Of a stretch of DNA of 64,000 nt, positions 26,690 to 41,220 are shown one piece after another. Numbering within the stretch: position 1 is the first letter of the stretch; each line of letters begins with the position of its first letter. Made by a program: the position numbers and the translations under genes. This DNA is from Eledone cirrhosa (lineage: Eukaryota): the NCBI GenBank assembly GCA_964016885.1, contig OZ024743.1, forward strand, positions 76,942,001 through 77,006,000, given 5' to 3'. A model generated the notes under the pieces. That model saw only the letters and a program-made list of their open reading frames with translations, did no database searches and was not told the DNA's origin.

Positions 26690-29497
26690 ATATATATATA
26701 TTATATATCATATATATATATTATATATATATATTATATATGTATATTATATATCATATATATATATCATATATATATATATATCATATATATATATATT
26801 ATATATATATATATTATATATCATATATATATATATTATATATCATATATATATATATTATATATCATATATATATATTATATATCATATATATATATTA
26901 TATATATATGTTATATATCATATATATATGTTATATATATATGTTATATATCATATATATATATTATATATCATATATATATATTATATATCATATATAT
27001 ATATTATATATCATATATATATATATTATATATCATATATATATATTATATATCATATATATATATTATATATCATATATATATATTATATATATCATAT
27101 ATATATATTATATATCATATATATATATTATATATCATATATATATATTATATATATATATATATTATATATCATATATATATATATATTATATATCATA
27201 TATATATATATATTATATATCATATATATATATTATATATATATATATTATATATCATATATATATATTATATATATATATATTATATATCATATATATA
27301 TATTATATATCATATATATATATATTATATATCGTATATATATATTATATATCATATATATATATTATATATATATATTATATATCATATATATATATAT
27401 ATATCATATATATATATTATATATATATATATATCATATATATATTATATATATATATTATATCATATATATATATCATATATATATATTATATCATATA
27501 TATATATCATATATATATATTATATATCATATATATATATTATATATATATATTATATCATATATATATCATATATATATATTATATATCATATATATAT
27601 ATTATATATATATTAGATATATATATTATATATCATATATATTATATATCATATATATATATATTATATATCATATATATATATATATTATATATATTAT
27701 ATATCACATATATATATATATCATATATATATATTATATATATCATATATATTATATATATATTATATATCATATATATATATATCATATATATATTTTA
27801 TATATATCATATATATTATATATATATCATATATATTATATATATATCATATATATTATATATATATCATATATATTATATATCATATATTATATATCAT
27901 ATATATATATTATATATATATCATATATATATATATCATATATATATTATATATCATATATATATTATATATCATATATATATTATATATATCATATATA
28001 TTATATATATATCATATATATTATATATCATATATATATATCATATATATCATATATATATCATATATATCATATATATATATCATATATATTATATATC
28101 ATATATATTATATATCATATATATATATCATATATATCATATATATATATATCATATATATATTATATATATCATATATATTATATATATATCATATATA
28201 TTATATATCATATATATATCATATATATATTATATATATCATATATATATATTATATATATCATATTATATATATATCATATATATATATTATATATCAT
28301 ATATATATATTATATATATATCATATATATTATATATATCATATATATATATCATATATCATATATATATATATTATATATCATATATATATATATTATA
28401 TATCATATATATATATTATATATCATATATATCATATATATATATCATATATATCATATCATATATATCATATATATATATATTATATATATCATATATA
28501 TCATATATATATATTATATATATCATATATATCATATATATATATTATATATATCATATATATCATATATATATATATTATATATATCATATATATCATA
28601 TATATATATATTATATATATCATATATATCATATATATATATTATATATATCATATATATATATTATATATATTATATATATCATATATATATATTATAT
28701 ATATCATATTTATATATTATATATATCATATATATATATTATATATATCATATATATATATTATATATATCATATATATATATTATATATATCATATATA
28801 TATATTATATATATCATATATATATATTATATATATCATATATATATATTTATATATCATATATATATCATATATATATATATATATATCATATATATAT
28901 CATATATATATATATATATATCATATATATCATATATATATATATATATATCATATATATCATATATATATCATATATATATATATATATATATTTATAT
29001 ATCATATATATATCATATATATATATATATATATCATATATATCATATATATATCATATATATATATATATATATCATATATATATATATTATATATATC
29101 ATATATATATATTTATATATCATATATATCATATATATATCATATATATATATATATATATCATATATATATATATCATATATATATATATCATATATAT
29201 ATATATATATATCATATATATCATATATATATATATTATATATATCATATATCATATATATATATATTATATATATCATATATATATATCATATATCATA
29301 TATATATATATCATATATATATATCATATATCATATATATATATATCATATATATATATCATATATCATATATATATATATCATATATATATATTATATA
29401 TATCATATATATATATTATATATATATATAAATATTATATATATCATATATAAATATTATATATATCATATATAATTATATATATATATATCATATA

Positions 29498-29539
<42 letters not shown>

Positions 29540-29581
29540 CATATATATATATGATATATATATATGTATCATATATATATA

Positions 29582-29621
<40 letters not shown>

Positions 29622-29905
29622 CATATATATATATGATATATATATATATCATATATATATATATCATATATATATATCATATATATATATCATATATATA
29701 TATCATATATATATATTATATATATATATATCATATATATATATATTATATATATATATCATATATATATATTATATATATATATCATATATATATATTA
29801 TATATATATATCATATATATATATATTATATATACATGTCATATATATATATTATATATATATATATATATATATCATATATATTATATATATATATATT
29901 ATATA
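26690..29905. repeat. very long (TA)n / TATCA compound microsatellite
   Basis: ~3.2 kb of TA with interspersed C; source of the 911/841-aa YI ORFs. Confidence 0.95.
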
Positions 29906-30139
29906 TGTGTGTGTGTATGTATGTATGTGTGTGTGTGAGTGTAATCATAAAGTAGTTGCAATGAAATAAACTTGACATGAACTCGATTACATTATATAAG
30001 TTACATAACTAGAAATTCTACAAGTTCTATACTGTACTCCAATATCAAAGAGTTCACAAGCCTTAGATAAACGTGAAAGTTATTAAAGAACAAACATTAC
30101 AAATAGACAGTATTCTTTCAGAGGAAAGTTTGACTGACT

Positions 30140-30367
30140 TTAACCCTTTAGCATTTACATTACTCTATATATACTACTATATTTTTGCAGTAAAGGCTTT
30201 ATCTTATATAATATTTCACATAATATTGAATCTATGAGGTTTTGATATTTTTTATTTTGAGAACACTACCTTAACATAAGTATGAGCAGCCGGTTAAGGC
30301 CAGTTTGAGCAGAATGAAACGAGAGAATTCTGGCCAGATACAGCCGGTTGAGATGCTAAAGGGTTAA
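30140..30367 (+). mobile_element. piggyBac-type MITE family A
   Basis: TTAA|CCCTTTAGCATTT...ATGCTAAAGGG|TTAA. Confidence 0.75.
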
Positions 30368-30794
30368 AATCACCTTCAGGTGAAATAATTTCTGATTAAT
30401 GAAGAATTTTGAGGGATTTACTAAAATTATTAATTATTTCATTACTTAATGTAAAGTTCTTACATAAAATTATGTTGAAAGATTTTTATTTGAAAACCTT
30501 TAAACTCAGTGGTTTTATTTCATAGAAGCAGAGCCAGTTTTGGCAAGGTTGGTAACTAAAGGGTTAATACTGTCTTGATATAGTTGTTATTACTATTATT
30601 AATATTGTCTCCATATAGTTATTACTATTATTAATATTGTCTCAATATAGTTGTTATTAGTATTATTAATATTGTCAGAAAGTTTAATACAGTCTTTGGT
30701 TACATTACATTGGTAGCAATAACATCTATTTTAACTTTGAACATCCTGTAATGTTTGGTAATTTACAACAGAGGAACATAATATCTGGAAATAC

Positions 30795-30835
<41 letters not shown>

Positions 30836-30908
30836 GAATAAATGAGTAAAGAGGAAGAGAGAGATGGAAAGATTTTAAAGCATTAATTCAATTTCTTTAA
30901 TCATATAT

Positions 30909-30955
<47 letters not shown>

Positions 30956-31137
30956 TATATACATATTATATATATATACATATATATACACATATACATA
31001 TATATATACACACATATATATATACACACATACACATATACATATACATATATACACATATACATATACATATATATATATACACATATACATATATATA
31101 TACATATATATATATACACATATACATATATATATAC

Positions 31138-31177
<40 letters not shown>

Positions 31178-31179
31178 AC

Positions 31180-31255
<76 letters not shown>

Positions 31256-31457
31256 ATATATATATATACATACACATATATATATATACATATATATATA
31301 TATACACATATACATATACATATACATATATATATGCATATATATACTTACATCTACATGCATATATTTATCTGATTTCTCTATGCATGTATGCAAGTGT
31401 ATGTATGTATGTATGTATGTATGTATGTATGTATGTATGTATGTATGTATGTATGTA

Positions 31458-31533
<76 letters not shown>

Positions 31534-31708
31534 ATTATTTAACGTCAGCAGGGAAAAGGGATGTTAAATAATGATAACACATACACACACACACACACAC
31601 ACATACACACACACCCAGAGACATACACACATCCAGAGACACACACAGACACACACATGTCAGCAAAGATGAAGATGCTAGAAGCCCAGTTTCTGGAGAT
31701 GGCCTTGG

Positions 31709-31815
31709 TTACTTTGTTGTCTGTGCTTCAGGCCTTATAGAAGCCACAGTGACTTTGTTAGTATCATTATCTTCACACAAGTTATGAATGGCAAGAATCG
31801 ACCATTGTGTGATGA
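31709..31815 (-). CDS. ATXN10: ataxin-10, terminal coding exon as seen here
   Basis: cag|tc + ITQWSILAIHNLCEDNDTNKVTVASIRPEAQTTK*; matches the ataxin-10 domain motif (F)xTQWxIxAIxNLxEDN. Confidence 0.85.
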
Positions 31816-32617
31816 CTGTAAGAGAAGATGTTAAGGAACAAAGATAATATATTATTTAACCCTTTCATTATTATGTTTCTAAGGAAAGACACTACATATG
31901 ATTTTTTAATTATTTTGAAAATAATAAAAAATTTGAACAGATTTAGTCATCTAAAATTTTTTGTTATTAAGCTGGTGTTTGGGACATAACTTAAAGGTTT
32001 TTACACAAAATTATGATGGGAGGTTTTTAGATAAATATAAACACTTTAAAACAAACAGTTTTATGTCATAGAACCAGGGGTGTTTGGAACATAACTTAAA
32101 GCTTCTTACATAAAATTATGATTGGAGCTTTTTAGAAAAATATAAACCCTTTAAAAGAAATAGTTTTGTATCATAGAACCAGGGGTGTTTGAGACATAAC
32201 TTAAAGGTTTTTACACAAAATTGTCGGAAAGGTTTTAGATAAATATAACCACTTTAACGTAAACAGTTTTGTATCATAAAACCAGGGGTTCATAGTGTCA
32301 TTGACCCCCTCTCCCAAAGTCTTTGAGAATAACACTGCCACCAACTTGATAGTGCACCTGTGCACTGTACACATTATCATTATCATACACATTCAAACTG
32401 ACTAAAATCTAATGAGCAGTTTGCTGGTTCATTATACAATTAAACAAAAAAGAAATTAATTAAATAATCACTAGAATTCCAGAATCTATTGTTTAACTCT
32501 AAAAAATAATTACAATAAAAACAAAATTTGTAATTTTAAAAACTGTAACAAAATTACAATTATAGACTTTTGGTGGAAACAGAAAATTGAAATTAGAATT
32601 AACAACTGAAAGGATAC
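31816..32617 (-). other. ATXN10: U12-type (minor spliceosome) GT-AG intron of ATXN10
   Basis: 5' splice site GTATCCTTT (from 32617), branch site TTCCTTAAC (31838-31830) ending 14 nt before the exon, CAG acceptor. Confidence 0.9.
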
Positions 32618-32681
32618 AAGGATTTCTGCCATCAATATTGGTCTGGTTCAATATCAGTGGAATTCCATTTAGTTCTCTGAC
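32618..32681 (-). CDS. ATXN10: ataxin-10 internal exon (64 nt)
   Basis: tag|VRELNGIPLILNQTNIDGRNP+t|gtatcc; phase joins both neighbours (t+tc = Phe). Confidence 0.9.
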
Positions 32682-32926
32682 CTAGAGATAAAAGTTACCC
32701 TTTACAATAATTATATTAAAACTAAAGGTACATTTAAAACAACATTTGACTGAAGGTAACTCCTTTACACTCCTGGTGAGAAATGGGGTGACATAAGTAG
32801 CAGAAAAACCAGTTTATATTCCTGTTAAAACTATTTTCAATGAACAACAGATACAACCTGTGGCATTCAACACATTTGGTGGAGTTGGGCCGCTGACAGT
32901 GAAACACTTGTCATCGTTGACAACTC

Positions 32927-33410
32927 GCCCGTAAGGGTGCTTGGTTGTTTCAGTACCTTAGCCTCACTATCACCTTGCCTTACTGAGGTGTCAACTGATG
33001 TCTGTGAGGGTGCCTGGCTGTTTCAGTACCTTAGCCTCGCCATTACCTCAGCTTACTAAGGTGTCAGCTGATGCCTGTAAGAGTGCTTGGTTGTTTCACT
33101 ACCTTAGCCTCGCTATCAGCTCACCTTACTGAGGTGTCAGATGTCCGTGAGGGTGCTTGGTTGTTTCAGTACCTTAGCCTCGCCATCACCTTGCCTTACT
33201 GAGGTGTAAGCTGATGCCCATTAGGGTGTTTGGTTGTTTCAGTAACTTAGCCTCGCCATCACCTCGCCTTACTGAGGTGTCAGCTGATGTCTGTGAGGGT
33301 GCCTAGTTGTTTCAGTGTTTTAGCCTCGCCATCACCTCACCTTACTGAGGTGTCAGATGATGCCCGTAAGGGTGCTTGGTTGTTTGAGTACCTGAGCCTC
33401 GCCATCAGCC
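32927..33410. repeat. ~73-bp tandem repeat (~6.5 diverged copies), intronic
   Basis: gtaagggtgcttggttgtttcagtaccttagcctcgccatcacc..actgaggtgtcagctgatg units. Confidence 0.85.
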
Positions 33411-34404
33411 GTTGTAATGCTGCCAGTGTGTTGGCTTGCTCAAAATTTTCTGTTGACCCTTGTAGTGTGGTGTGTGACCGATTCTCGCACTTGATGGTTG
33501 TTTGTCTTTTTTTTTTATTTTCCTCTTGCTTTGATCAGATATTTTGGTTCCTAGCAATAATTAATTGTATTTATTACAAGTGTGTATATATGTGTTTATA
33601 TTTTCATTCTGTAAGAAAACAATTTGTAATATTATTTATACAACTGTGAATAATAAAAACAGCATAACTCCTTAAGCAAGTGTCTTCTACTATAGCTTCA
33701 GGTGAAATAGTAGCCAAATCTCCCTTAAGTTATACCCTACCATCTTAAAGAATGCAATACATATTAGATAGTGTAGCTACAGATATGCTATGTCTGAAAA
33801 ACAGACAATGTCTGGGAAATCTTTAATAATAGGTCTGTTTTAACAGAATTGTCCTGAGGTTAAACAACAAATGAAATTATCATCAATGAAACCAATGTAA
33901 ATTTTCAAAAACATAAGATTAAAAAATAAATTCATACAGCTGAGCTTCTTCGTAAAATTGGAATGCCAGCAACCCATCTGAGGAAAGAACTCCACAAGGC
34001 GGGGTGGCTATTGCAGTGGGTGTCACTAACCAGTGTTAGAGGAAATGCCTTTGCAGTTTTGTCTGCTTAACACAGCTGAAACACCGCCTTGACCTAGGTG
34101 CAGAGTCTGTCACACTCTCTCATTCTCCCTCTCTTTCTTTTGTAGCCTAATAGTCCTTGCCCTTTACCCATACTCCTTGCTCTCTCCCCCCTTTTCCTCT
34201 CATTTATGTCATTTATAGTCCTTTCCTCTACAGCCAGATCTGTCCTTCTTTACCCCTTCCTCTATTTTTTTCATTACTTAATTTTGTTTTTATCTCTTTT
34301 TAAATATTTCCATCATTGTAAAATATCTGTTTGTAAAATACAGTTGACATAAAAATCTTTGTTGAAATTTTAAAAACAAGGTAAATTATTCTTTAATTCC
34401 TTAC

Positions 34405-34580
34405 CTTGTCTTGGTTTGCCTTATTTCTATAAACCATGTTTCCAATAAGACGGATAAGATCTCTCTTGATGCCATAGGATGGATGCTGGATGTCAACTTG
34501 GTCCATATCTTTTGCTTTGTTAACTGGAGCAAATATACTGCTAGAATCTTCACCAACTTCACTTATACTCTGCAGAAGTT
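34405..34580 (-). CDS. ATXN10: ataxin-10 internal exon (176 nt)
   Basis: tag|aa LLQSISEVG..GIKRDLIRLIGNMVYRNKANQDK|gtaagg; LIRLIGN..NQDK is the ataxin-10 domain signature. Confidence 0.92.
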
Positions 34581-34594
34581 CTAATACAATGATA

Positions 34595-34978
34595 TAAACA
34601 TATGACATATTCACATAGATATCAAATATAACATATTCACATAGATATCACATATGATATATTCACATAGATATCACATATGATATATTCACATAGATAT
34701 CACATATGATATATTCACATAGATATCACATATGACATATTCACATACATATCACATATAACATATTTACATACATATCACATATTCACATAGATATCAC
34801 ATATAACATGACATATTCACATAGATATCACATATAACATGACATATTCACATAGATATCACATATGACATATTCACATAGATATCACATATGATATATT
34901 CACATAGATATAACATGATATATTCACATAGATATAACATGATATATTCACATAGATATAACATGATATATTCACATT
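34595..34978. repeat. 24-bp minisatellite next to the splice acceptor
   Basis: catatgatatattcacatagatat units. Confidence 0.85.
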
Positions 34979-35329
34979 GATATAAATGTCCAAGGAACGT
35001 GGTATGTCTCTACAGCACCACCACAACCCCTCACCAATTATGGGACCATACCATAGTAAGAATAACCAGCTGATAACATTAAACAGATGATATGAAATCA
35101 ATATTTTGAGTATATTTGGGAAACGGTAATTTTGATAACAATAACCATTTGATAACATTAACCATCATTATAAGTGACTTCCATGGTATTATCAACATCT
35201 AATATCTAGAACATTCTAACAGACATCTTATATATTAGCATCAGTTTACAACAGATAATAACAAACAAAATATTTCTTTTTTCTTTTCTTTTCTTTTCTT
35301 TTCTTCGTTTTTACAAGTATAAAACTGAA

Positions 35330-35870
35330 AAAAGATAGATAGACAGACCAGACAAAAGAAAGATAGACAGACCAGACAAAAGAAAAATAGACAGACCAGA
35401 CAAAAGAAAGATAGACAGACCAGACAAAAGAAAGAAAGACAGACCAGACAAAAGAAAGAAAGACAGACCAGACAAAAGAAAGAAAGACAGACCAGACAAA
35501 AGAAAGAAAGACAGACCAGACAAAAGAAAGAAAGACAGACCAGACAAAAGAAAGAAAGACCAGACAAAAGAAAGAAAGACAGACCAGACAAAAGAAAGAA
35601 AGACAGACCAGACAAAAGAAAGAAAGACAGACCAGACAAAAGAAAGAAAGACCAGACAAAAGAAAGAAAGACAGACCAGACAAAAGAAAGACAGACCAGA
35701 CAAAAGAAAGACAGACCAGACAAAAGAAAGACAGACGAAACAAAAGAAAGATAGACCAGACAAAAGAAAGATAGACCAGACAAAAGATAGATAGATAGAC
35801 AGACCAGACAAAAGAAAGACAGACCAATCAAAAGAAAGATAGACAGACCGGACAAAAGATAGATAGATAT
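35330..35870. repeat. AGAC/GAAA compound minisatellite (left flank of LINE)
   Basis: agacagaccagacaaaagaaagaa units. Confidence 0.9.
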
Positions 35871-35871
35871 C

Positions 35872-38800
35872 TTTCTTTATTTTCCAAAGGGGCATACAAA
35901 AATGGGACATTACAAGACGTGACGGCAGGGGTTTTACATAAAATCTTTAACAATGATAAATAACAATAAACTATGTAAAAATAAAACAATTGAAATCCCC
36001 ATTAGGGGGGGGGTAACGCTACTGCGGGGTTGTTTTACACCTCTTGGATAGAACAACACTCAACACCAGGAACACATTTTGTAGGTGTTCCCATCTTCCC
36101 TCTGTTTATCTTCCTCAACCTACAGGTTTATATACGGGTCATTTTCGCCACATTCACCCACCGTTCAGCGAATTTACTGGGGTGTAGCACCTCTCTCTCC
36201 ACTCTCAACTGCCTTCTGAAGTGATACTTAAAGAAGGGGATAAGTTGTTGTCCAGGGAGAAAGGTGTTTGCCCTCAGTCCTTTTAATCGCGTCCACCATA
36301 TTACCTCTTTCGCCATAGCCACCAGACAGAGGAAGACTGCCTCTCCTTCATTCTTAAATGAAGGCGGCGGAGTGATCCTCACGATGGACTCGGCTGACAA
36401 CTGGATGCGTCCTACACGTGAGAGTAGCTGTTCAACATAATTCCACGGGTCGGTCACCCTTGAGCACTGAATAATTGCGTGCAGAACGGTTTCGATGTCC
36501 TGCTCGCATCTTGGACAGGTCCTTTTGGCAGGATCTCTGCCAGGGCGTCCTCGGTAGCACTACCAGGCCAGAGACCCCTGGAAGTTATCCATAGGCCCTG
36601 GACGGAAAGTCCTCTTGAACAGATTGTCAGTTCATCTTCCTCAATGCCTAGAGTTTCCCCGAGAACGTCATCGCACTTATCCTCCACTAATCCCCTATAG
36701 AATGTCGAAGTGGAGTCTCCACTGATTGCCGTTCCTGCTTGGTAGAGGGCTGTGAGCGCCTGAAGGCACTCAAGGTGCCAGGCGCCCATTTTCGGTCTTT
36801 GCTTGACACAGGGCTGCAGCCTGTTAGTGAGACGAGTTGTGGAAGAGCTCGTCTCACAAACGACAGCCACACCGGTTCGCCGGTCAGGAACATCTGGAGA
36901 TGACGTAGCCCCAGCGCATCATCAGCCACGGCATGCCCAGCCCTCCATTAGAAGGGTGTTGACAGCAGATGGATCTCCTCACCAATGGAGCCTGTTTCTT
37001 CCAGAGGAACTTGAAGAGTAGGCGTTCCATTTTGGTGAGGTATTCGCGGGGACATGGCACGACTGTCAAGCGGTAGTAGATGATGGATACTATGTAAGTG
37101 TTCACCACCTCCGCTTGACCTTTCAAGGAGAGTTTGCACTCAGCCCACTTCTAGGTGAGTGCAAACACCTTCGCCATGACCTCATTCCAGTTCTTGTCCA
37201 CCTGGAGGTCTGGACCAAACCAGATCCCGAGCAATTTCACCAGTCCTTCCGTCCAACGACACTGTCGGAAGGCATGGGTTTGCCTCTCTATGTGCCGAGT
37301 TGCAAACCGACAGACTTGTTTGGGTTTAGTCTTGCTCCTATCAACGTTTCGTATTCCTGTAATAGGTTGCCGATTACCCCGATGTCCGAGGTTTTCGACA
37401 CCATTATGGTTATGTCGTCGGCATAGGCTGACGCTGCTTTCCGCAGTCCTGGTTCGATCGTGATGCCCTGCAACAGCTCCAACTTCCGCAGTATTGGCTC
37501 GAGAGTCAGTACATACAGAATGGAGGAGAGAGGGCACTTCTGACGGATGGAACGCATGATTTGGAATGGTTCTGATAGGTAGCCATTCACCTTGACTGCC
37601 GAGCAGATGCTGGTGTGCATGGCAGCGATCCAGCCTCTGAAGGCGGGACCGAAGCTGGCCGCTTTGAGAACCGCTTCCAAGTATTGATGGTCGACCTTAT
37701 CAAATGCCTTTGACTGATCTAAATTGATCAGAGCCCCACCTAAGCCAGGTTTACACCCTACCCTCTCTATGATGTATCGCATGAGGTGGAGACTGTCGTG
37801 TATGGACTTGATCGGGATTGCACACGTTTGTGCTTCCCCTGCCAGATTCTCGACGACAAGCGCCAGCCTCGCTGCTAACACCTTGCCCCAAATCTTTAAA
37901 TCTGTGTTGAGCAGAGTTATGGGACTGAAATTGCTTATCTCATCCCCCTTGTTCTCATCTTTCCTGATCAGCGTTACTACGCCTCTGCCTCCAGAACTGG
38001 GAATCCTCCCGTTCTGCTGCCAGTTGCAGTAGACCACTTCGAGGATGCCAGAGAACAAGTCTGGCATGCCTATGTAAACCTCATAGGGTAGACCATCTAA
38101 ACCAGGTGATTTGCATTTCCCGCAGCGGCCTAGGGCATCTTCTATTTCGCCCGCTGTGATCGGCCTTTCGCAGCCCTCCGCATCCGTGTTCGAGAGTTGT
38201 GGTACGCCGTCGAGGAAGGAGCTGAAGTCCATCACCTCCCTTGATGTACCGCTTTGCCCGAACAGTTGTGCAAAATGCTGCTGGAAGGCCATGCACATCT
38301 GCTTGGATTCAAGTAGAATGCGTCCATCTTTGTCTTTCAAAGACCGAATTATGGATTTGCTGCCACTTTTCGCCTCTGCCACTCGGGCCCAGCTAACAGC
38401 TTTGGCTCCCTCATTTCTTAGAGCACGTGTTCTACTTCTGACAATACAACCTTCGTGTTTCACGTTGAAGAACTGGTCTAGTGCCGTTCTCGCTGCTAGC
38501 ACGTCAGCTGTACTGCCATTCCTAAGAGCCTCTTCTACTTTAGCTACCAGTTCCTTTTCGGTTTTGTTTTTTCAAAAGCTACTTCCTTGCTAAATGCTAT
38601 CGATTCTATTCTAATTGCTCTCTTGAGAGAGCTCCACCACCTGTTGTTGACGATCACCCCCGCAACTGGCACTTAATTAAGATGCCAATTCGTTTACTGT
38701 AGGCCTTACGCGCCGCAAGCCACATGTTTAGCTTCCAGTATCCGGGTCCCTGCCTATGTGTTCTATCAAGGTTGACTACGCAGGTGACTAATTTGTGGTC

Positions 38801-40012
38801 TGAATAGGCAACCATGTGCATTTGTGGACAGCTTAATGTTTCCTTATCTTTCTGTCTAATTAAAAATCTATCTAAATACGATCTAGAAGACCCAGTGCAG
38901 TTGCTCCACGTCCACAGTGGTACACTTGAGAAGTCTAGTCGACATCTATCAGCCAGTTGGAATTGGCTGAGATTTTTTAGGCTATTACACTCCCCTCTAT
39001 TATCACAAGCTCCTACATAGTCCCAACGTACATCTAAGATGCCATTCTAGTCCCCCGCTAACACTAAGGAGCAAGACGTTCCCAGGAATGGCTCCAGATG
39101 CTTGAAGAACTCTGGTCGCGATGTCCCAGTCGGCCACCAGTCTGAAAACTCCACCTTCACTACCATTCACGTCCAGGACCACCAAGCTGCCCTCCGGGTC
39201 CAAGTGAATCATCTATGCTTTGAGATCCAAGTTTTTTTCAAAACAGAACAGCAACTCTCCCTCCACCTCCTGGCTGACAGAGAGATGCGTAGATCTCAAA
39301 GTCATCAAACATGGGAGTTAGCTGCTGCTTGTCGTGAATCCTGGACTCAATGCAGGGTTTTTCAGTGGGATTTTGTGTGTGTGGTTGTCTCTGGTCTGTG
39401 GTGGTGTGGGAGTGGATGTTGCAGGTTTTGTGTTTGGTTTGGGGTGTTGATGTTGGGGTTTTGGTGTTGGTAATAACACCTTGTTTGTCCTAGGTTTGTT
39501 TAAGAGAGGGCAAGAGGCCTTTAAGTGTGTGGTTTTCCCACACTTATGGCATTGAGGTCTTTTCCCCTCCACTAAAATGGAGATGACATCTTCCTCAAGG
39601 ACGATCCTGTCCGGGATTTTCTCAACTTTCTCTGGCCTCATTTGTACCAGAACCTCGATGCAGGTTCCAAACCAGTTATTCCAGTCTGTCCTGTCTACAG
39701 ATAGGAGGGTGTCCTCATACTTCTTCAGGATGCAGAGTACGATCCACCATATGTTGACCTCTGCTGGGATCCTGGTTATTTTTATTTTGTATGATCTTCT
39801 TCCCATGTATGTGGGGAAGATGTGTTGATCCGTTTTTATTGGGTAAACCGAGTGTTTTTGAGCCAGAGTTTCGCTCTTAAAGAGCACTTACACACTTCCA
39901 TACTGTTTAGCTCTTTGGAGGTATGCCACGTCTGGCTTGATATCTTTTAGTGCAGCTACAATAGTGCTTGTTGGGAGCGTTATGGGTTTTTTGGTAATGA
40001 TGTCAACTGTTA
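35872..40012 (-). mobile_element. L1/Tx1-type non-LTR retrotransposon, decayed, 5'-truncated in ORF1
   Basis: ORF1 with zinc knuckle CHKCGKTTHLKASC (39318-39887); endonuclease-like remnants (~38700-39250); RT motifs SPGLDGLP, PITLLNTDLKI, LDQSKAFDKVDH, RQKCPLS, AYADD (37288-38502); frameshifted C-terminus; AATAAA near the 3' end. Confidence 0.9.
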
Positions 40013-41220
40013 GACCAGAGAAAAGAATGACAGATAAAACAGACAAAAGAAAGAAAGATAGACCAGACAAAAGATAGATAGACCAGACAAAAGAAAGTTA
40101 GACAGACCAGACAAATGATAGATAGACTGGACAAAAGAAAGAAAGATAGACAGACCAGACAAAAGATAGATAGATAGACCAGACAAAAGAATGACAGATA
40201 GACCAGACAAAAGAAAGTTAGACAGACCAGACAAATGATAGATAGACCAGACAAAAGAAAGAAAGATAGACAGACCAGACAAAAGATAAATAGATAGACC
40301 AGAGAAAAGAATGACAGATAGACCAGACAAAAGAAAGACAGATAGACCAGACAAAATATAGACAGACCAGACGAAAGATAGACAGACCAGACAAAAGAAA
40401 GATAGACAGACAGACCAGACAAAAGATAGACAGACCAGACAAAAGATAGACAGAAGACAAAAGAAAGAAAGATAGACAGACCAGACAAAAGACAGATAGA
40501 TAGACAGACCAGACAAAAGACAGATAGATAGACCAGACAAAAGAAAGATAGACAGACCAGACAAAAGAAAGATAGATAGACCAGACAAAAGAAAGAAAGA
40601 TAGACCTGACAAAAGATAGACAGATGAGACAAAAGAAAGACAGACCGGACATAAGAAAGATAGCCCAGACAAAAGATAGATAGACCAGATAAAAGAAAGA
40701 AAAATTGACAGACCAGACTAAAAATAGATAGATAGACCAGAGAAAGGAATGACAGATAGACCAGACAAAAGAAAGACAGATAGACCAGACAAAATATAGA
40801 CGGACCAGACAAAAGACAGACAGACCAGACAAAAGATAGACAGACCAGACAAAAGATAGACAGACCAGACAAAAGATAGACAGACCAGACAAAAGAAAGA
40901 CAGACCAGACAAAAGAAAGACAGACCAGACAAAAGAAAGATAGACAGACCAGACAAAAGACAGATGGACCAGACAAAAGACAGACAGACCAGACAAAAGA
41001 AAGACAGACCAGACAAAAGATAGACAGACCAGACAAAAGAAAGACAGACCAGACAAAAGAAAGATAGACAGACCAGACAAAAGAAAGATAGACAGACCAG
41101 ACAAAAGAAAGATAGACAGACCAGATAAAAGAAAGATAAACATACCAGACAAAAGAAAGATAGACATACCAGACAAAAGAAAGATATACATACCAGACAA
41201 AAGAAAGAAAGATAGACAGG
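40013..41220. repeat. AGAC/GAAA compound minisatellite (right flank of LINE)
   Basis: same unit family as 35330-35870. Confidence 0.9.

Noticed and set aside
26740-29475. 911-aa and 841-aa ORFs
   Set aside because: Translations of a TA/TATCA microsatellite that happens to lack stop codons
32927-33410. 73-bp repeat as a tandem hammerhead array (ctgagg..ctgatg)
   Set aside because: No CTGANGA followed by a stem and GAAA; the core is incomplete
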